The notes below the pieces were generated by a model. That model was not told the DNA's origin and made no database searches. It worked only from the letters and a program-made list of their open reading frames with translations. Shown here piece by piece: positions 9,549-16,919 of a stretch of 64,000 nt of DNA (within the stretch, counting starts at the first letter, position 1; the number at the start of each line of letters is the position of its first letter). Made by a program: the position numbers and the translations under genes. This DNA comes from an uncultured Candidatus Saccharibacteria bacterium (GTDB taxonomy: Bacteria > Patescibacteriota > Minisyncoccia > Phycocordibacterales > CSBR16-119), in contig CAZPVH010000001.1 in NCBI GenBank assembly GCA_964589975.1, forward strand, positions 164,853 to 228,852, written 5' to 3'.

Positions 9549-9773
9549 ATGGCTAAAGAGACGAGAAAGAGACGCGGGCGTCTTCCGGTTGATCCGAATT
9601 TGGATGTAAGGGGCATGCTCGATATCGAGCGAGACGTAGAACGAGAAACCGACATTTTCAAGCCTGACTCAACCGAGTCCGAAGACGTACAGATCTTGCG
9701 TCTTAACGAAGAGAAGAGCAGTTCTTCCTCAGAGGAAAAGGAGGGAGAGAAAAAGGTCGCGGCTGAAGGTTAA
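9549..9773 (+). CDS. Small acidic hypothetical protein (74 aa)
   Basis: ORF with its own downstream terminator; Ser/Glu-rich tail. Confidence 0.4.
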   Translation: MAKETRKRRGRLPVDPNLDVRGMLDIERDVERETDIFKPDSTESEDVQILRLNEEKSSSSSEEKEGEKKVAAEG

Positions 9774-9782
9774 CCCATTTGA

Positions 9783-9815
9783 AGGGCTCCGCTTGCGGAG
9801 CCCTTCGCTTTTCTT
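9783..9815 (+). terminator. Intrinsic terminator
   Basis: gggctccgcttgcggagccc hairpin plus T-rich tail. Confidence 0.6.
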
Positions 9816-9858
9816 GCCCATAGCCCAATTTTCTGTTATAGTCCCGAAAACTTCGCTC

Positions 9859-10185
9859 ATGCCAAAAGAGTATTCCATAGAAGAGCTCCGGATCATTTTG
9901 AAATGCAGAGCGGCTAGAAAAAAACACGTTTTTCTCGCCATACTCGCTCTGTTCTGCGCGATGTTCGCGATCGGCTACTCATTTACACTTACGCTTGCTC
10001 TGATCGGCCGTCTGGCGCTCAGTACGAAAGTCGTCGTCGGCGCTCTGTTCTTTGGCGGCTCGGTGGCTTATGTTATTTGCTACCTTTTGGTTGTACGTCC
10101 CGGAAGTCGTTCAAATTTCCTGGCCCTAAGGACCAAGGCCGATGAGATAGAATGTCTGCACCGAGACTCTATACCCTCCAAGTGA
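9859..10185 (+). CDS. Hypothetical membrane protein
   Basis: two or three TM helices; internal ATG of the 9793..10185 ORF. Confidence 0.5.
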   Translation: MPKEYSIEELRIILKCRAARKKHVFLAILALFCAMFAIGYSFTLTLALIGRLALSTKVVVGALFFGGSVAYVICYLLVVRPGSRSNFLALRTKADEIECLHRDSIPSK

Positions 10186-10215
10186 AGCCCCTGACATTAG
10201 GGGTTTTACTTTTGG
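10186..10215 (+). terminator. Intrinsic terminator
   Basis: cccctgacattagggg hairpin plus tttt. Confidence 0.55.
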
Positions 10216-10261
10216 GGTGGGGCTTGCATCTTTTTTTAAGATATGCATAATGATATTTAGA

Positions 10262-10432
10262 TAGAAATGCCACTGGTTTTTGGTTTTAGTCCCCATGGTT
10301 GGGAGGGATCCCGACCCAAGGATTCTGAGGATTTCCCCTGGAAAACAGGTTTGCCTCGGTGCCAGTTGGTGTAAGACGGCGTACCCGTCGGACCCGGAAG
10401 CTGATGCTTCCGGGTCTTCTGTTTCAAGTTGA
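10262..10432 (+). ncRNA. Candidate small RNA or cis-regulatory leader (unclassified)
   Basis: promoter-like TTGCAT-N17-ATAATG at 10224-10252; GC-rich, non-coding-looking 170 nt; perfect 11-bp hairpin gacccggaagc/gcttccgggtc (10397-10428) followed by a U-rich tract; 44 nt upstream of the deaminase gene. Confidence 0.25.
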
Positions 10433-10474
10433 AAATATCGCGAAAAAGTGTAGGCTTAACAAAAAACCAATCCC

Positions 10475-10855
10475 ATGAAAACACTGGAGGAGGCCGCGGC
10501 CGAATCTACCTGTCAGAAGAGACTGGTAGTGTGCGAGATATATGACGAATACGGAAAGATTTTGGCCGTGGAGTCGAACAGATGTTCTCCAACCGGCGGA
10601 TTGTGTCATCGCATTGGTGTTGTTCAAACAAAGGCCGACTATGACGTCACAAGCGCTTGTAATTGGACACATGCGGAGATCATGGCTATCCGAGCATTAC
10701 CGCGTGGAAGTTATACTCCTCATCGGGCGGTAATTTACGGACATAGTTATCCGTGTGACGCTTGTGAATCGGCTCTGCGGCGGGTCGGTGTCGAGATCAT
10801 CGATATAAAACCTGCCAGTAGTTTTCTCATTCACAAAAGACCCATTCTTTCATGA
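10475..10855 (+). CDS. CMP/dCMP-deaminase-family zinc deaminase (126 aa)
   Basis: HAE (WTHAEIMAI) and PCDAC zinc-binding motifs of the CDA fold. Confidence 0.7.
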   Translation: MKTLEEAAAESTCQKRLVVCEIYDEYGKILAVESNRCSPTGGLCHRIGVVQTKADYDVTSACNWTHAEIMAIRALPRGSYTPHRAVIYGHSYPCDACESALRRVGVEIIDIKPASSFLIHKRPILS

Positions 10856-11070
10856 CCATTAGACTTAAACCGCCGAAATTTTGGCGCTGGTCTAAAGGAC
10901 CCTTTTCTCATCCAGAGCTTGTGGCTTCGGAAAAAGAATATGAGGTTTTGGATCAGAAGGGTGGTAGGGAACACTGTCCGTTTTGCGATCAGCAATATCG
11001 CTTCCATGAACGAGCAAAGCCTGAGATATGGCTTCGGACTCTCTGTGATGGAACCCACGTAAAGCTTTAG
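10852..11070 (+). CDS. Small Cys-containing (zinc-ribbon-like) protein, translationally coupled to the deaminase
   Basis: ATGA start/stop overlap with the upstream gene; CPFCDQ...C; followed by a terminator. Confidence 0.45.
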   Translation: MTIRLKPPKFWRWSKGPFSHPELVASEKEYEVLDQKGGREHCPFCDQQYRFHERAKPEIWLRTLCDGTHVKL

Positions 11071-11098
11071 GCCGGCGACATATGTCGCCGGCTTTTTG
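11070..11098 (+). terminator. Intrinsic terminator
   Basis: gccggcgacatatgtcgccggc hairpin plus ttttt. Confidence 0.7.
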
Positions 11099-11100
11099 TA

Positions 11101-11136
11101 TGGAAAAGAAAAAGGCCCCGCATCTGCGCGGGGCCC
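11101..11136 (-). terminator. Intrinsic terminator for the minus-strand TPM/YgcG gene
   Basis: ggccccgcatctgcgcggggcc hairpin with a T-run on the minus strand. Confidence 0.65.
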
Positions 11137-11152
11137 TTCACTATATGTACTG

Positions 11153-13120
11153 TTAGAAGCGTCCAGACGCTCCTCCTCCACCTGACCTACCTCCACCAAA
11201 GCCTCCAAAACCGCCTCCGCCTCCGCCGATCCGAATCGATCCGCCACCGATACTCGATGATGGACGATACTTCGGCCTAGCAGCTTCAACTCGTGCTGCG
11301 TGAGCGGCACTGATCTGACTGTTGGCCTTACTGATGGCGTTTTGGGAGTACTCGTTTGCTTTCTCGAGAGCTTCATATGCTCCGATCCAGTCGGGACGAG
11401 AGAGACTTGCCAGCCTCTCCACTTCATTGATCGAAGCCTTAGCGTTCTCAACCATCTGCTTTGCTGTCCTGCCGACATCGCTGTGATCAACCTTTTTCTT
11501 GGCCGACTCGTACAGAGACTTAGCTGACCTCAAAGCTTCGGCGTACCCGCGCTTCTTGGTGCCGATATCGCCCTTTCGAGATTCGACAGCTGAGATGCCT
11601 TCTTTGAGACGTGTGAGCTTCTTCTGCGCTTCATTCCGAAGCATGTCTGCGCCGTTGTATTTGAGGCGCGTGCTGCTACGGATCAAGTCGTAAGCTTTCG
11701 CGCGGTTGCTGGTGCCATCTTCGAAGAGCTTTGCGAGAACGACGTAGGTCAGGAGTCCTTCGAGGCACTTTCCGGAGTATGAGCTCTGGAGCGTCTCGAG
11801 GTCCGTCTTCGTCGTCTTGAGAGAGGCCTGTGCTTGTTCATAGTCGAATTCAAGCTTCGACATTTTCTTGTTGTTCTCGAGTCGTAGGCGCTCTTCGTTC
11901 CAGAGTTCTTCGATGATGCTTTCGCACTGCTTATCAATGGCTTGCGAAGTGAGATAAACACCACGGTGGTCTTCCTTCGTCAGGATGACCAACTTTTTGA
12001 GCTCCTCGGCTTTCGCCTTGAGAAGGTCAGTGTATTCACTCGTGGAATGTCGGTCAGCCATTTCAGAGACTAGTTTCTCTGTTCTCTGGAGCGTGTTCTC
12101 TGCATGCCTGTGCATATTCGCAGCGCTGTCAGCGTACTTCTTCATATCCTCGATGGTCTCGAGCATCAAGCTCTTTGCCTTCATCACTTCTCCGACCTGC
12201 ATTTCTGTCTTGTCGAACAGGGCGTCATCAATTTCGATGATCGTCTTTTTGTCTTTCGGCAGGTATGCAAGCATGGCATCGGCTTGTCTCCTTTCGATAT
12301 CATGGACATTCGAGTAATGCTCGAATTTCTTCTGCGTCCAATTAGGCCACTCTGGGTCCATTTCTGGAACATCGCAAGCCGTATCGAAGGTCTTTCTCAT
12401 GTCATCCATCCATTTGCGACGGTCGGCTAATTTCTTCTGCCGCTTGTACGCCACATAGACGAGATAACTGAGAAGTCCCAAGCCGAGCATGGAAGCGAGG
12501 ACGAGTAGTAATGACTGCATATTGTCAGAGCTATCTTGTTCTGATTTCACCTCGCGAACGCGGGCGATTTCTTCCTTTTGAGCTTTGCCGTACGCTTCCT
12601 TACTTCCGTTCACCGCTACTTCGGATTTTCCGAGCTCCTTGATAATACGGTTTACGCCTGCTTCGATGCCTTTGGCATAGTTTGCCCTATGCATGTGCGG
12701 CAGGATCGTTTCGTTGATGATCCGTTTGCAAACAGCGTCAGGTAATTCTCCTTCCATGCCGTAGCCGGTTTCAAGACGCACTCCACGGTCGGCCTTATCC
12801 ATCGAAATGAGGAACAGGAGACCGTTGTCGAGCTCTTTTTTACCGATGCGCCAGTGTTCATCATTGAACAGGGCATTCGCGACTCCCTCGAGGTCGTAAC
12901 CCGCGTTTGAGGTGAGGGTCACTACCGCGACTTCAACTGTTGCGCTTTGTTCGAGCGCGAGCAATTTTGCTTCGAGATCACTTTCCATTGCGGGAGGGAT
13001 CAAGTTCGCGAAGTCGTTTACGAGTCTTGGGGGACTCATTGGTTTCGGGATCTGTCCCGAAACGAACATGGTTGTCCAGCAAAGGACGACCGTCAGGAAA
13101 ACGGATTTTACTGCGTTCAT
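11153..13120 (-). CDS. TPM-domain (TLP18.3/Psb32/MOLO-1) protein of the YgcG type with TM helix, long coiled coil and Gly-rich C-terminal tail
   Basis: signal peptide, TPM phosphatase-like domain (YDLEGVANALFNDEHWRIGKK...GYGMEGELPD), TM helix, coiled coil, GGGGGGFGGFGGGRSGGGGASGRF tail as in E. coli YgcG. Confidence 0.75.
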   Translation of the reverse strand: MNAVKSVFLTVVLCWTTMFVSGQIPKPMSPPRLVNDFANLIPPAMESDLEAKLLALEQSATVEVAVVTLTSNAGYDLEGVANALFNDEHWRIGKKELDNGLLFLISMDKADRGVRLETGYGMEGELPDAVCKRIINETILPHMHRANYAKGIEAGVNRIIKELGKSEVAVNGSKEAYGKAQKEEIARVREVKSEQDSSDNMQSLLLVLASMLGLGLLSYLVYVAYKRQKKLADRRKWMDDMRKTFDTACDVPEMDPEWPNWTQKKFEHYSNVHDIERRQADAMLAYLPKDKKTIIEIDDALFDKTEMQVGEVMKAKSLMLETIEDMKKYADSAANMHRHAENTLQRTEKLVSEMADRHSTSEYTDLLKAKAEELKKLVILTKEDHRGVYLTSQAIDKQCESIIEELWNEERLRLENNKKMSKLEFDYEQAQASLKTTKTDLETLQSSYSGKCLEGLLTYVVLAKLFEDGTSNRAKAYDLIRSSTRLKYNGADMLRNEAQKKLTRLKEGISAVESRKGDIGTKKRGYAEALRSAKSLYESAKKKVDHSDVGRTAKQMVENAKASINEVERLASLSRPDWIGAYEALEKANEYSQNAISKANSQISAAHAARVEAARPKYRPSSSIGGGSIRIGGGGGGFGGFGGGRSGGGGASGRF

Positions 13121-13164
13121 TTATGGTTTTTTGGTGTTGGTGGTTGTCAAAGTGTCCATCTAGT

Positions 13165-13193
13165 ATATTAGCACAAAATACAGGAAAAGTCAA
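13165..13193 (-). promoter_or_regulatory. Promoter TTGACT-N17-TAATAT for the YgcG-like gene
   Basis: reverse complement of 13188-13193 is ttgact and of 13165-13170 is taatat; spacer exactly 17 nt. Confidence 0.45.
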
Positions 13194-13212
13194 GGTAAAA
13201 AGCCTTATACGG

Positions 13213-13246
13213 TAAAAGAAAAAGGCCGCCTAACGGCGGCCTTTCT
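13213..13246 (-). terminator. Intrinsic terminator
   Basis: ggccgcctaacggcggcc hairpin with a T-run on the minus strand. Confidence 0.6.
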
Positions 13247-13716
13247 TCACCTTTTCACCAGGATTCTTTGCTGCTCCTCGATGATTTCACGAAAGTTCCA
13301 ATTAGACCCTTCTACATGGGATAAGTAGTAGTCTCGGGGCGGATCAATCACCAGATGGTTAAAGCGAACATCGGTAAGTTCCATTTCGCCAAGACTCCCG
13401 ATCATCTCAAGTCCCCAAATGTTCCGACTCTCATCAAGCTCCGCTTTGAAGCCGCAGCCAATGATGCCGCAGACGATCTCACTCTTGCAGTAGATGGTAT
13501 CGCCCTCGCGCCGATTCTTCGGCGGATAGATGATGTGTGGGGTGAGGCCTCTGTGATCTTTCGAAAGTACCCCGACATGGACTTTATGATCAGCTGTCGG
13601 CGAGCGCCGGCATAGACTACATACGCTGTGGTTGTCTTTGGTCGACCCGCATCAAAGCATTTCTGGCAGAGCAGTGTTCGACTGAAAGGAGTTCCCAGCT
13701 CAAATATTGCTTCCAT
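13247..13716 (-). pseudogene. Frameshifted Cys-rich gene (single-base indel near 13570-13610); product unassigned
   Basis: N-terminal frame (MEAIFELGTPFSRTLLCQKCF...) degenerates into an R/S/A low-complexity tail, while a second frame with no start codon encodes a clean C-terminal 110 aa (...HIIYPPKNRREGDTIYCKSEIVCGIIGCGFKAELDESRNIWGLEM...VKR) ending at 13247. Confidence 0.5.
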
Positions 13717-13775
13717 GGTGGATTTTGGTTTTTTGATATTAAACCAAATGATTTTTATTTAGGCAAATTAAATAC

Positions 13776-13804
13776 CCCCGCCAGCTTTCATTGCTGGCGG
13801 GGGA
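13776..13804 (-). terminator. Intrinsic terminator for the small minus-strand gene
   Basis: cccccgccagc / gctggcggggg hairpin plus T-rich tail on the minus strand. Confidence 0.55.
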
Positions 13805-13807
13805 CGA

Positions 13808-13954
13808 TCACTTCTTCTGCTCCATGCTGGGCGCCGCAGCGGCGGACTTCAGGGGGTGCCCGTTGGTCATGGCAATAGCCAGGATCAAAATGAACAACAC
13901 AGCGCAGATACCGGCAGCGACAGGAGACGTCTGGGGAGGAGCGGTATTTCCCAT
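13808..13954 (-). CDS. Small membrane protein (48 aa)
   Basis: MGNTAPPQTSPVAAGICAVLFILILAIAMTNG... single TM helix; terminator immediately downstream; below the ORF-track size cutoff. Confidence 0.35.
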   Translation of the reverse strand: MGNTAPPQTSPVAAGICAVLFILILAIAMTNGHPLKSAAAAPSMEQKK

Positions 13955-14016
13955 GGCACGAAGGTTTTGGTTTGGTTTCGTATTAATATTAACTCAGTAT
14001 AAAAATGATGTCAAAA

Positions 14017-14045
14017 GGGGCGCGGCTTTGCCGCGCCCCTTTACT
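14017..14045. terminator. Bidirectional intrinsic terminator
   Basis: ggggcgcggctttgccgcgcccc hairpin. Confidence 0.6.
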
Positions 14046-14202
14046 TGGTTTCTGCTTGTTCATCCTGCGATTTTTCAGACCCTTCTTCCATTTGCCAGCT
14101 CTTGTTGAGAAGCGCATACCCGATCAAAAGGAGCGCGGCGCAGATGGCGAATCCAATGCGTTGCCGCTTCTTTAGCGCAATAGCTTCCATGTCTTTGTCC
14201 AT
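14041..14202 (-). CDS. Small membrane protein (53 aa)
   Basis: MDKDMEAIALKKRQRIGFAICAALLLIGYALL; promoter-like TTGACA-N17-TACTAT just upstream on the minus strand. Confidence 0.4.
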   Translation of the reverse strand: MDKDMEAIALKKRQRIGFAICAALLLIGYALLNKSWQMEEGSEKSQDEQAETK

Positions 14203-14286
14203 GGGTTGGTTTTTTCTAGATAGTACATCTGTTTCCTGGAATGTCAAATATTTGATTTAAAGCCGGGCATAGCAGATAATTGACCC

Positions 14287-14778
14287 ATGAAATTAGCAAA
14301 GATCATCTTTGGTGCTATTGTGGCCATTATTATTTCTCTCGTTTTGATTTATAAGCCAGCCCATGCTCCAACAGACAGGGAACCGGACACCACTGGCATT
14401 GTTGACGGAGAGTATTGTTTCTCACGTGACCAAGCCGCGACTCCAAGCGAGCCGTATGCTGTGCAAGAGCGTATCAGCCTTTCCATTTTGGGCAACTCTG
14501 TTGTCGGAGAAAAGTCGGGAACGCAATCAGGCCCTGACATGACGAATGGCTACAGCGGAACACTTGCGGGAACACGCATGGACCATGACCTAAAACTCAC
14601 TTTTTCTTACACTGTGGAAGGTTCCTCGAACAAAGAAGTCGAGCTCTATACACTTGTCGATACTGAGCTCCGCAAAATCCGTTATGCGCTGAAAGAAGAG
14701 GGAGGAATGCTTGTGCCAGATCTCTCCAGTGTCCCCAAAAATATTATTTATGAAAGAGAAACGTGCAATAATAATTAG
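14287..14778 (+). CDS. Hypothetical membrane-anchored or secreted protein
   Basis: N-terminal TM/signal anchor; no domain recognised. Confidence 0.5.
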   Translation: MKLAKIIFGAIVAIIISLVLIYKPAHAPTDREPDTTGIVDGEYCFSRDQAATPSEPYAVQERISLSILGNSVVGEKSGTQSGPDMTNGYSGTLAGTRMDHDLKLTFSYTVEGSSNKEVELYTLVDTELRKIRYALKEEGGMLVPDLSSVPKNIIYERETCNNN

Positions 14779-14795
14779 ACACAAGTTTCTAACAC

Positions 14796-15215
14796 ATGAA
14801 CAAGCACAATATTTATAAAACTCTGCGTTACGCCATGTCATTTATTTTCTTGTGGGCATTTGTCGACAAGACTTTCGGACTCGGGTACGCAACTGTCGCA
14901 GAAAAAGCTTGGCTAGTGGGCGGCTCACCAACAACTGGCTTTCTTCTGCACGGAACTAGTGGACCATTTGCTGAATTTTTCCAGAGCTTGGCGAATCATG
15001 CAGTTATCGACTGGGTGTTTATGTTGGGGCTCCTAGGTATCGGTATTGGCTTACTTATACCAAAGTACATAAAATGGGCCGGACTTGCGGGTATTGTCAT
15101 GATGCTACTCATGTATCTTGCCGGATTCCCACCAGAGAATAATCCGATAGTAGATGAACACATCATTTATATCTTGGTCTTTGCCGTACTTGCATTTGAA
15201 CATAAGCATTCATAA
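14796..15215 (+). CDS. Membrane protein (DoxX-like topology, tentative)
   Basis: four TM helices, 139 aa. Confidence 0.5.
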   Translation: MNKHNIYKTLRYAMSFIFLWAFVDKTFGLGYATVAEKAWLVGGSPTTGFLLHGTSGPFAEFFQSLANHAVIDWVFMLGLLGIGIGLLIPKYIKWAGLAGIVMMLLMYLAGFPPENNPIVDEHIIYILVFAVLAFEHKHS

Positions 15216-15217
15216 AG

Positions 15218-15646
15218 ATGGAAAAAGGAAAATTTGAGGAAATTATAAAAAGACTTTCTGTGTTTGCCGCAATCGCTGGCGCGCTTACAATCCTTGGCTT
15301 TATTTTTGTATTGGGGATGGGTACCATGGTCTTGGGCGGTGATTTGCCACTTGGCGTAGAGATTTTTTCGGTAATCATCATTGCCACCATCTCATTTATA
15401 TTCTTCGGCGCTTCGACTAGACTTCGTCGTAATATGGATAATCAGAAGAAGCTTCGACTGCCGGCCATCTTTCTCTTGGTCACGAGTATAATTGCTGTTA
15501 CCCCTATCATAACCAGTATTTTCGGTTTTCACCCCAGGGTGGTTTTAGCGATAGGTCCGATGAGTAATATTGGATACTTGGTGGCTATAGTTATTATTTC
15601 AGATTCCATAAGGGTTCTGAAAGAAGTAAAGAAATCTCCGAATTAA
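15218..15646 (+). CDS. Hypothetical membrane protein
   Basis: four TM helices; 3-nt gap from the upstream gene. Confidence 0.5.
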   Translation: MEKGKFEEIIKRLSVFAAIAGALTILGFIFVLGMGTMVLGGDLPLGVEIFSVIIIATISFIFFGASTRLRRNMDNQKKLRLPAIFLLVTSIIAVTPIITSIFGFHPRVVLAIGPMSNIGYLVAIVIISDSIRVLKEVKKSPN

Positions 15647-15721
15647 CAAACTAACAGTTTAAATATTTATTCAATGGAAGGGGTGATATAATTATCCCAT
15701 TATTATTTTCATATCTATTTT

Positions 15722-15865
15722 ATGGGAAAGACACTAATCATGCTCGCAGCGTTTATCGCATTCGTATTATCAATCTATCTCTGGTTCAAAGGAGATCGCG
15801 ACGCTGGAATCTTCGTCGGACTTTGGGTGCCATCGATCCTCGCGCTCGGTAATCTAAAGAAATGA
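15722..15865 (+). CDS. Small membrane protein (47 aa)
   Basis: MGKTLIMLAAFIAFVLSIYLWF...; below the ORF-track cutoff. Confidence 0.35.
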   Translation: MGKTLIMLAAFIAFVLSIYLWFKGDRDAGIFVGLWVPSILALGNLKK

Positions 15866-15948
15866 TACAAGGCTCGGAAACAATAATATTTGCCGTGGGC
15901 GCCGTCGTAACTGTTATCGCCCTTCTCGGACTGTTCATGGATAACTAG
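15862..15948 (+). CDS. Micro membrane protein (28 aa), ATGA-coupled to the upstream gene
   Basis: MIQGSETIIFAVGAVVTVIALLGLFMDN; overlap-coupled start. Confidence 0.2.
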   Translation: MIQGSETIIFAVGAVVTVIALLGLFMDN

Positions 15949-15953
15949 CATTC

Positions 15954-16391
15954 ATGATGACCCTTTCTATTTTTATCACACTCGCTGGGTTCATAATTGG
16001 ACTTGGGGCTGTGACCGTCATCGACCTTCACGGATTTCTTGGGCGCAAATCTCACTACTGGACCGAAGCTACTATTCGTACGCACAAAGTCACGAAGCCT
16101 CTCATCTGGCTCGGGACTATTCTCGTCCTCGTGGGGCACATCATGCTTGAGAGATTCGGATTCTGGGGAATACCTGAGTTAACACTTCGGCTCCTTATAA
16201 TTTCTGCGCTTGTTCTAAACGGATGCTTCCTGTCATTCGTTGTAAGCCCGGCACTCCTCAAAAGGGAAATGGATGGTCACGCAAAAGACTTATTACCTCA
16301 GGCGCTTCAGAATAAGATAACTATTTCATTCATAATTTCTTTTACCGGTTGGTGGGGATTGGTTTATCTTTTTGTTAGAAGTTTAGTTTAA
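15954..16391 (+). CDS. Hypothetical membrane protein
   Basis: four TM helices, 145 aa. Confidence 0.5.
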   Translation: MMTLSIFITLAGFIIGLGAVTVIDLHGFLGRKSHYWTEATIRTHKVTKPLIWLGTILVLVGHIMLERFGFWGIPELTLRLLIISALVLNGCFLSFVVSPALLKREMDGHAKDLLPQALQNKITISFIISFTGWWGLVYLFVRSLV

Positions 16392-16559
16392 GAACCAGAC
16401 AAAATTGAAAGCCGCGGAAACCTTTCGGTTCCCGCGGCAGCCGGCGCGTTTGGCGTGCATCGCATTCGCACGTTACAGATTTGCTTGGCCAGAACAATTC
16501 AGAGTCATTTTATCATGATTTATTTCTATGTAAAGCCGTCTAAATCTATGCTAATATGT

Positions 16560-16845
16560 GCCCAACTTCGGCTCTTTAACGAGGCATAGTACGACGCGAT
16601 AGGCTGCGATAAGCCGCGGGGAGGCGCATAATATCCTACGATCCGTGGATTTCTGAGGCGTGCCTTCTGGTGGATCTCTCTATACTTTGGTAGGTAGACG
16701 AGAGGTAATCTGCTGGAAAATTCGGTGGTGTTAAGGTCCACCGAAAGCCAAACCTGGGGAGAACTGTAGTTGAGCACCCAGAGGAAATAGCGAAGCCAGG
16801 ATGAAACACTCACTAGTAGTGACGAGCGAAAAAGAGGACGCCATC
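16560..16845 (+). ncRNA. Candidate structured non-coding RNA (unclassified; could also be a long 3'UTR)
   Basis: about 470 nt without a convincing ORF, many local stems (cggtgg/ccaccg, ctggg/cccag), ends in a plus-strand intrinsic terminator; RNase P, tmRNA and SRP signatures not confirmed. Confidence 0.2.
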
Positions 16846-16880
16846 CGGAACCCGGGACTTAGGTCTCGGGTTTTCCTTTT
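16846..16880 (+). terminator. Intrinsic terminator
   Basis: cccggga / tctcggg 7-bp stem with loop cttagg, followed by ttttcctttt. Confidence 0.6.
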
Positions 16881-16919
16881 GAACAGGAGGGTTTATTTTT
16901 TGTAGGATATAATCTCCGT

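Noticed and set aside
10395-10432. SRP RNA domain IV (CCGGAAG...) reading of the hairpin
   Set aside because: The helix is a perfect 11-bp stem without the conserved internal loops and GGAA tetraloop context of SRP RNA. A terminator or attenuator interpretation is simpler.
10831-11490. 219-aa minus-strand ORF
   Set aside because: It overlaps the deaminase partner gene, both terminators and the 3' end of the YgcG-like gene. It is out of register with the clear terminator structure.
13247-13716. Assigning the frameshifted gene to MsrB, HNH nucleases or the GFA family
   Set aside because: There are only scattered Cys/His motif resemblances (CQKC, HIIYPPKN...YC, GCGF). Motif order does not match MsrB and no HNH core could be aligned, so the product is left unassigned.
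13791-14108. 105-aa plus-strand ORF
   Set aside because: It reads through two strong hairpin terminators and has a low-complexity product. The small minus-strand membrane ORFs with adjacent terminators fit the local structure better.
16526-16813. 95-aa minus-strand ORF inside the candidate ncRNA region
   Set aside because: Its composition is not protein-like (W/Y/S-rich) and there is no start context. The region is better explained as RNA.
16392-16900. RNase P RNA, tmRNA or SRP RNA assignment for the structured non-coding region
   Set aside because: Sequences resembling the P4 strands (AAGUCCCGGG / GAACCCGGGACUUA) arise from a palindromic CCCGGG that I interpret as a terminator stem. No AGGAAAGUCCGGGCUCC, GUGNAA or tRNA-like GGUUCGAAUCC...CCA elements were found on either strand, so it is left unclassified.
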